In this document: positions 45,993 to 59,592 of the stretch, in pieces
How the letters are laid out: every line of letters starts with the position of its first letter
Position numbering within the stretch: the first letter of the stretch is position 1
Assembly: GCF_009914755.1 (NCBI RefSeq)
Contig: NC_060935.1
Origin: the human T2T-CHM13v2.0 reference genome, Homo sapiens
Strand: one strand, 5' to 3'
Length of the DNA stretch: 64,000 nucleotides
Program-made: the position numbers and the translations under genes
The notes under the pieces: model-generated
Told to the model about the DNA's origin: nothing
The model's database searches: none
The model's input: the letters and a program-made list of their open reading frames with translations, nothing else

Positions 45993-46737
45993 TTTCAGTG
46001 GAGGGAATAACATGAAAATGTCCATGTTCGATTGGCCACATGCCTTCCTTTTGGAGTAATAACAGCAGCTACTAACGATGTTTTTGAGTATTTGCTGTGT
46101 ACTAGATACTGTTCTAAGTCTTTTACCTACATCACCCCTGCTACTTCACACAGAGCCTTGTGAAGTAGGTTGTGTCATGACCTGCATTATACCAGCTGAT
46201 AGAAATAGACGCAGTCTAGAAGGAGACCTGCTCTAGTCTCAGCTCTGCAGCCAGCTCTGCGACTCCAGGCCAGTCAGTTAAGCATGCTGTGCCTGGGTTT
46301 CCATCGTCTTTTAAACGGGGTGATAAGACCTGTCTTAGCTGTGTCAGAAGATTATTATTATAAGGATGATATGATTAAATAGCTATATCCTTTCGGAAGT
46401 TGGAAGTGTTAAATGCTGTTTAAAGAAGTGTGGCATTTCTTATATTGGCTCCCATGACTTACCCTTATTAAAAGATGGTGTCCGAGTGTCTTGGAGCAGG
46501 ATTATTTTGGGTTCCTTTTCTGCCACGGGATTTCACTATATAAGACAGAAAAGCCTTTGGAGAAGAAGGAGGGAGTGAAAGAGCAGAGGTCAAGAAAACA
46601 AGGCTAGAAGGGGTCTGTTCTGCAGGGAGGTCCTTCCAGAAAGCAGTCCCTCCAGCCTACAGCCTCCAGCCCCCTACTCGGCCCGGTGTAGCTCAGGGTC
46701 TGATAAAGGAGGGCGTCGCATCACTGTCTCTCACCAG

Positions 46738-46894
46738 AACTCTACTACGATCGCGGGAACCACCATGAGTTTGTGTCCCTGGTGAAGGACCTGGCCCGGC
46801 CTGGAGAGATCACCCAGTCGCAGGCCTTCGACTTTGAGTTTACCCACGTGGAGAAGCCGTATGAGTCCTACACAGGGCAGAATGTGAAGCTACG
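46738..46894 (+). CDS. VPS26B: VPS26B coding exon 2 (LYYDRGNHHEFVSLVKDLARPGE...GQNVKL)
   Basis: 157 nt, caccag| and |gtaagt; not in the ORF track, translated by hand. Confidence 0.97.
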
Positions 46895-47015
46895 GTAAGT
46901 GATGTCTGCTGGTTCCCCACTGTACCCTAGAACCTGCCCCATGTGGACAAGGACCTGAGGCCGTCCCCACTTTGAGGATCTTCACAGGGATCCCGAGAAG
47001 GAAGAGTGTCGCGAG

Positions 47016-47389
47016 CTGTGGCGTGCTGGTAAACCATTAACCGTGGGCCTTCTAGGAGGAAAGTGGCCCTAGGTTGTAGCATGTGTCAATTTCTGTAGTG
47101 TACATAGCCCCGCCATGGCCAATTTCAAGCTACCTAATGTTCCTAAATGTAGAGGTGGGAGAGATGTGCTATTACCATCATATGGAGACACATTCCCTCA
47201 AGAGCAGAGAGCATTGTAAAGGGCCGGAAAATAGGAAGTGATGAGATTTTCGCATGTCTTACCTTTGTTTTTAACATGATTCATTTAATTGTGAGTTTAT
47301 ATAATTTAACTTTAAATAATTGCTGTGTTTAACAGCCAGGTCATAAAATTCCTGAAAGTTCAACGTCAGCCACCCCCAGCACACTCCTG
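47016..47389. mobile_element. MER63-like hAT DNA transposon
   Basis: gtgctgg / ccagcac inverted ends; gccatggccaatttcaagctacc core. Confidence 0.6.
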
Positions 47390-47904
47390 CTGGCTGGGTG
47401 TCAGGAGATCCTGACCTGCTGTCCGGCTCTGCCACACAGCTGCAGTGTGACCTTGAGCTCTGTAACTCAGCTTTCTCACTTCAAAGTGGGTAATGGACTT
47501 GGATTCTAATTCTAGATGTCCTCTTCTTTTGGGGGTGATAAGAAAATAAAGTTCTTAAAATGTGAACACATAGGTACATGGATTGTTTTTACTGTTATAG
47601 TGTTGGAAACTCTGAGAATAGAGACTGATGCCAAGGTCTTTTGGGTGAAAAAAAATCTACAGCAGATATAGACTGTTAGGTGTAAACTTGAGGTTATGTG
47701 ATGCTACTGGGATAAAGCAGTCTCCCCTGTGACTCTGAACACCTGATTCCAGGTCTTGATACCATCTCATAAGATCGGTTTATCTCCTCACCTGAGGACC
47801 TGAGTTTAGGATGGTACACACCACAAGACCTTTAACTTCTTTTCTTTCTCTGTCCTCCCTTCTTCCATCAGAAGAGTGAAGGCTCTTTTTAAATCTTTGC
47901 AGAG

Positions 47905-48030
47905 GTGGTGGTTCACGCCTGTGATCCTGGCACCTTGGCCAGGAATTCGACACCAGCCTGGGCAACATATTGAGACCCTATCTCTACGAAAAAAAAAATT
48001 TTTTTTAATTTTTTTAAAAGAAAAAAAACA
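47905..48030 (+). mobile_element. Short Alu monomer (FLAM-like) with A10-T8 tail
   Basis: 14-bp TSD aaatctttgcagag. Confidence 0.8.
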
Positions 48031-48224
48031 AATCTTTGCAGAGAGGTCTAAGACTGACATTACACCCAGTAAAGACAGTGTCTCATAATCGCACCCAGAG
48101 AATGCAGCAACCGCGAGGATCATCTAGTCATCACTTCAGTTTGACCGAGGGATTTATTATTTAATTTTTTTTTCTTTTGCAGTGGATTTGTCTTAAGCGT
48201 TTGTACGGCAGAAAGAAAGGTGTT

Positions 48225-48832
48225 GAAACCAGTATAGCAGTGCCTCAAAAAATTAAACAGAATTACCATATGATCTAGCAATTCCTCTTTTGGATCCAGA
48301 AGCGGATCCAAAAGAATGGAAAACAGGATCTCGAACGGATATCTGTACACCCATATTCACAGCAGCATTATTCGCAATAACCAAAAGGTAGAAGCAACCC
48401 AAGTGTCCATCAGTGGGTAAATGGACACAGGAAATGTGTTTTGTCCGTACAGTGGACTGTTATACAGCCTTCAAAAGGAAGGACATTCTGTCCTATGCTA
48501 CAACATGGGTGAACCTAAAGGACATTGTGCTACGTGAAAGAAGCCTGTCACAAAAGGACAAATACTGTCTGATTCCATATATATGAGGTACCCAGAGCAG
48601 TCAAATTCATAGAGACAGAAAGTAGAATGGTAGAGGCCCAGGGCTGAGGGAAGGAGGAAATGGGGGTTGGTGTTTAATGAGTAGAGTTTCAGTGGCGGAA
48701 GGTGGAAAAGTTCTGGAGACTGATGGTGATGTTTGCACAATACGAATATCATTAATGCCACTGAACTGTATAATTAAAAATTGTTAAAGTGGTAAATTTT
48801 ATGTTATACGTATTTTGCCACAATAAAAGAAA
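48225..48832 (+). mobile_element. L1M (MA/MB-type) 3' UTR fragment
   Basis: gaagcaacccaagtgtccatcag...gtggtaaattttatgttatacgtattttgccacaataaaa. Confidence 0.85.
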
Positions 48833-50407
48833 AGTGTTAATGTCCAAATCACATGAAGACTTTAGGATTCATGTTGCGAAAGAGAGGAGGTAGAGATAGG
48901 AAAATTAGTTGAGGACAGTTTAAAGATGTAACTTCCAGATTAAAAGCTTTTTCTTATTACACAGGCAGAGGGAAAACATGAAAAGATTATTGTGGACTTT
49001 TCTTTTGTCTTTAGGCAGAGAAAAGGTTATTTTGGAAGATTGGAGTCCATATGTAGCATTTGGTGGATGGGAAGAGTGTAGAGACAAAACTATCAGAAGG
49101 CTATTGTGAGGTCCTCCGAGTATGATTTTGGTGGCTGTAATGGGAACAAAGAGAAAGTGAGGAATGTAACAGACACCAGCAGAGATTACCAGTGAGTGCA
49201 GGCATGCAGCCGTGGAGATGGAGACAGAGGGCTATCAGGAGGAAGAAATGATCTGGAGATAAGGTGATTCATCCAGCTCTAGAGGGCAGGCTGAAATACT
49301 GGCAAAATAGAGAAAGCATAAAAGTTTAGCAGACAATTGGAAGCGCAGACCTGGCACTAAGGACAGAGGGGACACTTAGAAATGTGCAGTCAGGACTGAT
49401 CTGCTCAGAGGTCATAACTGATACGTTTTTGAAGAAAGGGAGCACAAGGAGAGGAGAGCCAGGACCCACCAGGGCATGGCAGGAGGAGGAGAGGGGGGTG
49501 AATCAGGGCAGCGCCTCTGTGGAACCGCGGGAAGAGTGTTTCAAGGAAGAAGTGTTTCACGGGACGCAGAATCAAGGGCTGCTGGATTTGGCAGCTGGGA
49601 GGCCATGGGTTACTGACCTCGAGGCGAGCGGTTTCTGTTGGGTGGTGGAGACAGAAGCAAGGGGTTGGGAGGAGTGGTTCGTGGAGAAGCCTCAGCTGTT
49701 GGTGCAGAACCCGCCTTGTGACAGTTGTCTCTGAAGAAAGGAAAAGAAAGTATGGTAGGTCAAGAGGGTAAGGCCTGGAGAGGGTTCTTGGGATTGGTGA
49801 CTTTGGAAACCAATTTTTTAATAAGCTCAGAGGAAAAGGCCTTTAGCTAGAGGGAGATTGATGATCTTGGGGAAATCAGAATATGTAGAAGGATCCAGAT
49901 GCCGGACCAAGGCTTCCACATTAGAATCATGTGGGAAGCTTTTTAAAATGCGAATGCCTGTGTCCCTTTCCAGACAATCACATATCAGGTGTGCCCAGGC
50001 AGCAGGATTCTTAAGGGCTCTCCTCTCCTGGTGATTTCATTGTGCATCCATATGGAGAGTTCTTGGGCCGGAGTGGGGAGGAGAGGTCTTGAGAGGGAGA
50101 GGTGCTGTTGGAGACAGGATGGGTGAAAATGCAGAGACATGTTTAGGCCTTAAGTAAGGAACAAAGCAGAGGAAGGAGCACATTGTAAGTCTTGACTGGG
50201 AAGGCCTTCATCTTCTTAGTGGAGTAAAAGTCAGTGTCTTCCCAGACAGCGGGGTGGGGAGACTTGGGAGGCTGAGCAGTTAGAAGAGGGCTAGGGACAG
50301 GTGTCTTGGGCAGTGTGATGGTTACTGAGGTGAACCGAAAGGATCCCCAAGAAGCAGCCAGTGCCACACAGAGGATAGTAGCCGAAATGTGTAGTTGGTA
50401 TGGCTAG

Positions 50408-50735
<328 letters not shown>

Positions 50736-51831
50736 ATATCTTTATAACTTCATCTGGTAATGCTTGACAGATGGTGGGGATTATCTAAGTTTTATTTAAA
50801 AGAAAATACAATTTATTATATTACATTAGATTATATTAAAATAATGTTTTATGGAGAAGGAAATACAATTAAAGAGCTCCTCCTCATTGAGTGTTAGCAC
50901 AGTGCTAAGTGCCGGGGATGACAGTGCTGCACTGGCGGGCCACAGAGGGCAGCTTGTTAAACCCTTCAGGGCTGTGTCTCTGTCTTCTCTCTCATCCCCT
51001 CCACAGCAGCGTCCTCCCCAGGGATCCTAGGTTCAGCCAGAGACTTGTTATTCAACAGACCAGGTCCTGTCTGCCCCTGTGGCATATAAGGTTTGCTCTC
51101 CTGGAATGCCCTTTTCTCCCTCCACACAGCACTGGATCGCAGCATCTCAATTAGCCCTTTCCGTGTGTTCCCATTTCTCTATTTGCCCATCTCCCCCGGT
51201 GAACTGTGAGCTTCCCATGAGACTGTATCTTATTCATCCTGTGCTTAGCCCAGTGCTTAGCTCAGTAAATGTTTGTGGAATGAATAGCTGACTTAATTTC
51301 TCTCTTTCCTAGTCCCCTCTTTTAACTTAAGAAAGGTTTATTGGGACACTTTAAAAAGGTTTATTGATTGAATATTGTTCGGTGAACAAACATGCAAAGA
51401 TAAAACTACGAGACGGACTCCTTTGCCCCAAAAGCCAGGAGTTAGCTGATGAAATAAAACCTGTACACAAATACATGGTCAGTAGTGGTAAGGGCCGTGA
51501 AAGGCCCAAGAATAACATGTGATTGGGGTACAAGGCAGAGAAATCACTTTCCCTTACAGCAGGATTCTTGACCCGGGGGCATGGGCTCCCTAGAGGGATT
51601 TGGGGGAAGGGTCTTTGAACTCCCTAGAATTGTGGTTGAAAAGGTCTCTGTATAGGTACATATGTGCATCTTTCCCTGGAAGAGGGTCTGTAACTTCTTA
51701 AAAGGATACAAAGCCCTCAAGGGTTAAGAACCTTTGTACAGGCTTCTCTCAAGTGGGCCAATTTGGTACCTATATCTAGGTAGCATCTGGAGACTGGGAG
51801 TGTTTATTCATGACAGTTCCGTCTCCTACAG

Positions 51832-51996
51832 CTATTTCCTTCGTGCTACCATCAGCCGCCGCCTCAATGATGTTGTCAAAGAGATGGACATTGTAGTTCA
51901 CACACTCAGCACATACCCAGAGCTGAACTCTTCCATCAAGATGGAGGTTGGGATTGAGGACTGTCTGCACATTGAATTTGAGTACAATAAATCCAA
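51832..51996 (+). CDS. VPS26B: VPS26B coding exon 3 (YFLRATISRR...EFEYNKS)
   Basis: 165 nt, ctacag| and |gtaagt; IKMEVGIEDCLHIEFEY motif. Confidence 0.97.
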
Positions 51997-52471
51997 GTAA
52001 GTGTCTCAGTGCCAAGGTTGTGAAATGATTATTTAAGGAGGTTAAGATGGGACTTGATGCAGATGCAAACTGATGACCCTCTGTGACTCGACTGCTTTGT
52101 GGTGGCATGCGGTGGGGGAAGACCGTGGGAGCAATCCAGTGAGTGTCTATGGCAGGCCAGCTGCAGCTGGACCGACCACGACGTAAACACTTCATTTACC
52201 TAAACTAAACCATATTCAACTAAGGTGGTGTCTTTAAGTTAAACATCCTATGATGCCTCTCAGTCAAGCTAAACTAACTTGAGGTTATTTGTTTTGGAAT
52301 TCCAGCTTCAGCTGTTTCCCGCTACTGCTAAGAACAATCTCAGAATACCATTCCATTATCATGTGCTCCCTCCATCTGTGTCTTCAGAAATCAAAGCGAC
52401 GAAACCAAATATTGGCCATGATTTGCTGCTTCCTCCCTGAACTAAAATGAATTATAGCAAAGAATATTGGA

Positions 52472-52632
52472 TTTTTTTTTCAAGATGGGGTACAGTGGCC
52501 CAGTCATGGCTTACTACAGCCTTGACCTCCTAGACTCAAGCATTTCTCTCACCTCCGCCCCTACAAGTAGCTAGGAGCACAGGCATGCACCGCCACACCC
52601 AGCTAATTTGTGTCCGTGTGTGTGTGTGTGTG

Positions 52633-52675
<43 letters not shown>

Positions 52676-52787
52676 CCAAGGTTTCATAATGTTGCCCAGG
52701 CTGGTCTTGAACTACTGAGCTCGTGATCTGCCTGCCTTGGCTTCCCACAGTGCTGGGACTACAGGCATGAGCCACCATGCCCAGCCC
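52472..52787 (-). mobile_element. Alu (J-like) whose middle linker is replaced by an interrupted (TG)n tract (52609-52673)
   Basis: Reverse Alu arms on both sides of the TG tract. Confidence 0.88.
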
Positions 52788-54963
52788 TGATGTATTTTTT
52801 ATAAAAGTCTTAAAATGACTTTATTTTAACTGGCAAGTTGGGAAGATGTATATCTTTTAAACTGTGTTTACTGTTAGAACATCAAAATAATTAGCCAGTT
52901 ATAAATAAATCACAAAACTTTCTGACAGGGTATTTCAAAAGCATCTTTCTTTTGAATATGATATTCCTGAGAATGTTTGGAACTCAAATATCCAAAAGTA
53001 GAAAGGGTATTCTATTCACAGAGAGCTATACAAAGAAGCCACAAAGTCTCTAAGTAGGATTTTCATTGTGGCACCCCCTGGACCACTGTCATCCAGAGGC
53101 TGGGAGCAGTGGGAGCTGCACCAGATGGCTCACCTTTGAAGGGTCAGGAACAGAACTTTTTAAAACTAGGAACATATATGGTTCTTGGAACAGGGTTGGA
53201 GGAATGGTGTGTTTTTTCCCCTGGCAGGCCTGGAACCTAGAGGGCCCCAGGAAAATGACCAGTGTGACCCAGAATTGGCTCTGCCTCGCCTAAGCCCACC
53301 AGTGAACAGAGAGTGAGGCAAGGTGGGAGGGAGGCTGATCTGGGCCTGGCATGGGAACAGGTTCTCCCCCTTTCTCCTTATAGCCTCAGGGCTCTGCGGT
53401 CCTGCCCAGAAAGGAGCCATCCAGAGTGCCTACCCACTACTGTCCTGACCATCTGGTGAAGGCAGAGGCCAGCAGCTGTGCCACCCGTAGGAGCTCAAAG
53501 CAGCCACTGGTCATCAGTGCATGCCAGACCAAAGCTAGTGTGGAAAAGGTGCTCTAGAGAGGCAGGGACGGGACACTTTCAGACCACACCTCTCCTTGCA
53601 CAGCGAGCTGCTCTGTGTGAGTGCCTGATTTATATGCCAGAGAACTCCAGACTTGGAACCAGGTCCTGCTCTTACACTAAGAAGTTGGGCGGTCAGCAGA
53701 TACTAACATTTTGTATCTCGGCTTCTCATCTGTAAAACGAGGAGCTTGGACCAGATCAGTGGGTTTCAAACACACAGAAAGTGTGAGGTGGCAGCGGAGC
53801 TGAGATCCTTAGACCCTCTGGCCTTCCGCTTTTCTTCCATCCACAAGCAACGTTTTTGTTGGGTTTTTGTTTTTTGTTTTTTAACTCTCCCCGCTTACAC
53901 CTAGAGCAGCTTTTGCTTCTGTATAACATTTAGAATACAGGAATGTGTGATTTGTAGGAGTTTGAAAACATCTCGAATCCATGGTCTCTAAGCATCCCCT
54001 GTAAGATGGCGCAGGTGGTCTCCTGCTGCTTTTGCAAATTTGCTGAGGCTGTTTGCTCAGGTGTCTGCAGTCTTCCTGTAGCCTGTGCACAGAAGGGTGG
54101 TGTGAAACAGTGGGGAACACTCCAGCCTGGGGACTAGGATCCTGGGTTTACCACCTTTCTCTACCCCCTACTCACATCCTGGTTATCCAAGAGAACATTA
54201 TCTCTTTTCTTCCAACTGCCTTTTCTTCACCTGTAATATAAGGAGGCTGAATTCTGATGTCCATGCCAGCATTCTTATCCTGTGAGCTGAGCATCAGGTT
54301 TTAAGATTTTACTCGTTCTCTCATGCCTGATACGGGCTGTGCACATGTAGACTATTGACTGACCCAGAGAAAAAACCCTGAGGGTCAGGAAGTGTTACCC
54401 AATGTGGCTCACTTCGTAACAACTCACAAGGCCAGGCCAGCGGAGCCCAGAAAGCAGGCGCTGATGCCGAGAGTGATTTGCTCTTCTCACTCTACTGCTG
54501 CTGCCTGGCCTGTCGGCCTAGAGCGGACAGAACTGTGTGCTTTGAGCCATCCAGGTCCAGTTCTCTAAAGACATTGTGTGGAGATCAGAGGAAGGGAGAG
54601 ACTGGTCCCTGCGCTTGTGGGACTAGCCTCTCATACATTAGGATATCTTTCAAAAACACAAATATAAAAGGTACTAAAGCAGCTGCATGCTGGGGAGATA
54701 GAGCAGATGAACAAACATGAATGGGTACCATGCAGGAGAGACGTCCTTTGCGTGGGATGTGGAAGGGACAGAAGCTACTTTAATCCAAGTAAAGACCGCA
54801 CTGGGAAACAGTTCAGCCACAGCCATGTGGGCAGTGATGGGTGAGTGTGTCCTGCAACTGGACGTTTAACCAGCACGCTTGGCCGTGGCGTGTGCGCTCT
54901 ACTGAAACAGAAAGGTCTGGCCACAGTACCAACATCTTACTTTCTGTACTTTCTGTTCCCCAG

Positions 54964-55139
54964 ATACCACTTGAAAGATGTCATTGTAGGGAAGATATAC
55001 TTCCTGCTGGTGAGAATCAAAATCAAGCACATGGAGATAGACATCATCAAGCGAGAAACGACGGGTACAGGCCCCAACGTGTACCATGAGAATGACACGA
55101 TAGCCAAGTACGAGATCATGGACGGGGCACCAGTGCGAG
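54964..55139 (+). CDS. VPS26B: VPS26B coding exon 4 (YHLKDVIVGKIYFLLVRIKIK...MDGAPVR)
   Basis: 176 nt, ccccag| and |gtgaga. Confidence 0.97.
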
Positions 55140-56782
55140 GTGAGACTCCAGGCCCAGGCCTCGGCTACCACAGCTTTTCTCCCATGTCCTGCACAGAATT
55201 CTGGAGGGGCTTGAGGGATTACACTGTCAAAATAAGATGTCCTCTTAACCTGTAACTTCTTAATCTCTCAGTTTACACCGTGGGTGGCCATAAGGAAGAA
55301 AAGGAAGGCTGAGTGTGTAGAACTTGAGGCTACTATCCCATCTTCACCCTGAAAAGTTGCACTTAGACTTGGATTATATATCGGGCTTGTACTGAAGATT
55401 GAACCTCAAGCGTCACTTTGGAAGGTCCAGGTTTAGCAGATGTGGTTTGAAAACGTTTCTGCTTCTTCCTGTTGACATTCTGGCATTCTCTGCTGCTCAG
55501 GAGCAAGGGATGCATGCACAGCAGCCTGTCTGTGACTTGGCTCTAGCTCCGATTTATTTTCTGAATTCACTTGTCAGGTAGAAAGAGCACTACTAGATAC
55601 TTCAGCCAACACCACCAGGTACCCAGATAGCCCTGGAATTTGCTGGAAGCATCCTCTCCCAGCCCCAGGGAGCTAACATTACATCTGGGTTAGTAGAGCT
55701 GGAAGCCCTTTGTCATTTGGGGACCGTGATTATCTGGAAGAAGCAATCATTTACATTCTTCATTGGCTCTTTAGCCATCCCTCAGGAATGGCGAAGACTC
55801 TTCATTTTGAAGTGCATGGTGCTTCCAGGGTTTTATTGGCTTATTCCTTTTACTCCCACAGGCTGTTCCATGTGGAAGGAGGAGCGCCACAGATTTAGCT
55901 GCCTGCAGCTCTGGGGACACGCGGGTGTTACCATGCCAGGCCCTTGGAGGGTTGGGACCAAGCTCTCCTGACACTCTCTGATGTCCCATTTTGTCACTGG
56001 CTGTGCAAATAGAGCCAGCTGTCATTTTTCCTGTACAAATGAAATGGGTCACTGAGAATGCATGTAAAAGAGCAGATAATGATAAGATGGCTTATATTTA
56101 GCTTTAGACCACATTATAGGTTTGGCCTTTCTTGGTAGAATTACTGCCCTAATTTTGTTCCACTGATACTAGAAACGGTCTGATGTTAGAGCTGGAAGGG
56201 ATCTGTAGTATCACGCAGTCCGATTCTCTAATTTTCCACATGAGAAAATGAAGGTCCAGAGGAAGCAGAGACTTAACTCACAAATCAGAAAAGCGGTTCT
56301 TGCAGAACTGAGGCCATAGTGAGGACTTTCTGCTTTCCACCATACCACCTTGCCAGTCCACACAAGAGGGAGGATGTATTTTGGGGGGCATACACTGAGG
56401 ATGGAGAAAGATGGCATCAGAACTGCTGGGTGAAGTGGTGGCTTAACTGGACTTTGACAGCTGCCTTTTGAAAACCCCAAAACTAAACACACTGCATGTA
56501 ATCAAAAGATGCTTATACTAATAATGACCTGTGCTGTTCCCACTCAGTTGCTCTCTGTTTTCGAGAAGACATGAGAAGCTGCAACATGACCTGGAGTGGA
56601 ACTGGAGAGTCACATTTTTGTTTCAGCCACCTGCTGGGCAGCAGAGCGACTGCACCTTCCCAGAAGGCTGAAGTGCTCGTGTGCTGCACTCCAGTGGCAT
56701 CTCTGCAGTGGTCAGAGTGACCTGGTATAAGGGAGAGGGCATCACCTTGCCCCCTGTGCTGACTCCTGCCCTCCCCCTACAG

Positions 56783-56925
56783 GAGAGTCCATCCCGATCC
56801 GGCTCTTCCTGGCCGGGTATGAGCTCACGCCCACCATGCGGGACATCAACAAGAAGTTCTCTGTGCGCTATTACCTCAACCTGGTGCTGATAGACGAGGA
56901 GGAGCGGCGCTACTTCAAGCAGCAG
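56783..56925 (+). CDS. VPS26B: VPS26B coding exon 5 (ESIPIRLFLAG...RRYFKQQ)
   Basis: 143 nt, ctacag| and |gtgagg. Confidence 0.97.
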
Positions 56926-57288
56926 GTGAGGGCCAGGCTCCTCCAGGCCCCGATGCCCTTGGGACAGAACAGGAGGCTCTCTTTCCTATGGAAGGTCAGA
57001 CTCCATTTTTGCCAAGAGGTGGGAACATTAGGTCGCCCACAATTGCACAACAAGAATGAGGATTCTCACCTGGCCTTAGAGTCTGCTTCCTCGGGCCTTC
57101 TCCTGCAACCACCTGCCCTTTTGGCCCACACCAGGGACAGGGAGGTGCTGGCAGCTGCTGCCTTTGGTGAGAGAGAAGCAGAGGAGGTCCTTGCCCGAGA
57201 TTCCCCACGTCAAAGTTGGGAGCCTCTAGGAAACCTGTCCCCATGCCTCCCTCTAAGGTGTCACATTGCCCCCCTTTCAATTCTGCAG

Positions 57289-57435
57289 GAAGTGGTGTTG
57301 TGGCGGAAGGGTGACATCGTACGGAAGAGCATGTCCCACCAGGCGGCCATCGCCTCACAGCGCTTTGAGGGCACCACCTCCCTGGGTGAGGTGCGGACCC
57401 CCAGCCAGCTGTCTGACAACAACTGCAGGCAGTAG
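57289..57435 (+). CDS. VPS26B: VPS26B coding exon 6 (EVVLWRKGD...DNNCRQ, stop)
   Basis: ctgcag| acceptor; TAG at 57433-35; total CDS 1011 nt = 336 aa. Confidence 0.97.
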   Translation, partial: EVVLWRKGDIVRKSMSHQAAIASQRFEGTTSLGEVRTPSQLSDNNCRQ

Positions 57436-59550
57436 GCCCCCAGGGCCGAGAAGATGCTGGGCACCCACCCAGCACCCCCATCTACCAACACCAGCGGCTG
57501 GGGGCGGGGGCGGACCTTGTGAGGCTCAGTTGACCCGTTACTTGCAACCTGAAAACAAATCATGTTTTTGACTTAAATTCTTTTCTCTGGAGAACCCAAG
57601 GGGCTTGGGGTGGGAAGCAGTCTCTCCTTGGGATTCTGCGGCCGATGTGGGATAGAAGAGGTAGCATCCTGGAAGCCAGCCTCTCTGGGGAACATGAGCC
57701 CCCTTCCTCGGGGGGCTGCCTTGCGTCTTAGAGGAGGGAGAGCAGAGAGCACGCATCCTTGGCTCCTGGCTCTCTGAGCTTCCTGATACAGGATCTGAGC
57801 ATGTCCCTGGGATTCTGAGCTGCCAACAGGGCCCTGGGTAGTCACATCTTGTACTCCCCTTTGCTGTCCCGGAGGTAGTGGCAGGAGTTGGGCCAGCCCC
57901 CACTAAGTGGCAGGGGAAGACTCACGATTGGGAAGCTACCTCTTTGGGAATCTTGGATGTGGTGATCTCAAGTTCCCACAGGCCACCTCCTTCTGGCCAC
58001 TCACTGCTGGGACCCAGGCACCTCCCTTCTCCATCCTCTCTGGATTGTCAGTAATGTCCTGGAACAGAAGCCTGTGGGATGGCCTTGGGCACGGAGAAGC
58101 CCTGGGGTCAGTGTCGTGCACGGATGGCGGCAGTGTTGAACCCAGGAGGCTGAACCCGGCCCACCACGGAAGATGAGTGCATGGCAACCGCCTGCCTTCA
58201 CGTCGCTCCACTTGGTAACCCCAAGGTCTGGGCTGTTCTAGGTATTGCTTCACGTGCCCCAGCAAGCCCTTAACAAGAGGGCCTGGTTCCCTGAAGAACC
58301 AATCCCAGGAAGGGGCCTTGATCCCTCCGCCTTGCTGAGAGTGAACCCTCGTCTCTCCTCACCCTCCATTTCATTTCTGGGAATTGGGGCTTAGTTTCGA
58401 ACCTTTGGCAAGGCTGTTCTTACTAATGCCCAAGCCCCTTTACCCCTCTCCCTATAGGTTACACAGGGGAGACCAGGGCCTCGGCAGAAGACTGCTGCCA
58501 CACTTCCGAATCATTCTGCTTGCCAAATAGGTCATCTTCACCAGTTGACTGACCCAAGTTTAGGACCATTGGTATCGTGTGTTTAAAAAACACATATAAA
58601 AAAACTCTTGTGAATATTCTTGTTATGCTAGAGAGGAAGGTACTTCTCCCTCTACGGCTCTGCGCTGGGGCCTATGGTAGTAAAGTTGTTTACTGTCCTT
58701 TTTCTGCTTCCCCTGGAAATGACAGGCATTACTCTCCCATTGGCCTCCCTTCCCTTTATAGAAAGACCAAGCAGGCCCCACTGGCCAAGAGGTACGGTAT
58801 TTGGCAGTCTGAGTTCTCAGTAATTTGGAAAGTTAAGGAGTTGGTTCCTGTGTCACCTTTCAGTTAGTGTGGGAAAGGAAGACTTCTGTTTTCCTGAGAT
58901 CAGTGCAGTCTCAGGCCTTTGGCAGGGCTCATGGATCAGAGCTGAGACTGGAGGGAGAGGCATTTCGGGTAGCCTAGGAGGGCGACTGGCGGCAGCAGAA
59001 CCGAGGAAGGCAAGGTTGTTTCCCCCACGCTGTGTCCTGTGTTCAGGTGCGACACACAATCCTCATGGGAACAGGATCACCCATGCGCTGCCCTTGATGA
59101 TCAAGGTTGGGGCTTAAGTGGATAAGGGAGGCAAGTTCTGGGTTCCTTGCCTTTTCAGAGCATGAGGTCAGGCTCTGTATCCCTCCTTTTCCTAGCTGAT
59201 ATTCTAACTAGAAGCATTTGTCAATTCCTTTGCCTCCCAACTGACAACACACGTTCATTTTCCAACCTTCCTAACATCTTAAACCTTTCTTCTGGGAGAA
59301 CTAGAAGACAGAATTTGCTTTGATTCTCTCAGGCGCTGTGCACAAGCCAGGTCTTCTGTTTTCTCTTTCTTACTCTACCCACATTCTTGCCTTCTCTATC
59401 CAACTGTGAAAGTGAGGGGAGGCTCCTGTCCCCCTCTCTTAAGGTCCCCAAACCTGGGAGTGCATAGGTACTAAATCAAGCAGTGCAACTTGTAATTAAG
59501 CAGCTGCAGTGTTTACATGTTTCTTAATGTGTCATCTTTTCAATGGCTGT

Positions 59551-59592
59551 ATTAAAAGAAGAACGTTTGTTTTAATGGTCTTTCTGATTAAA
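59551..59592 (+). terminator. Probable VPS26B polyadenylation signals (two ATTAAA)
   Basis: ATTAAA at 59551-56 and 59587-92 with UGUA just upstream and U/GU-rich sequence downstream; implies a 3' UTR of about 2.1 kb. Confidence 0.6.

Noticed and set aside
54003-54011. YY1-like AAGATGGCG
   Set aside because: Single motif without supporting CpG-island or cluster context
57538-59117. ORFs of 66-121 aa in the VPS26B 3' UTR on both strands
   Set aside because: GC-rich UTR, mostly non-ATG starts, no recognisable domains
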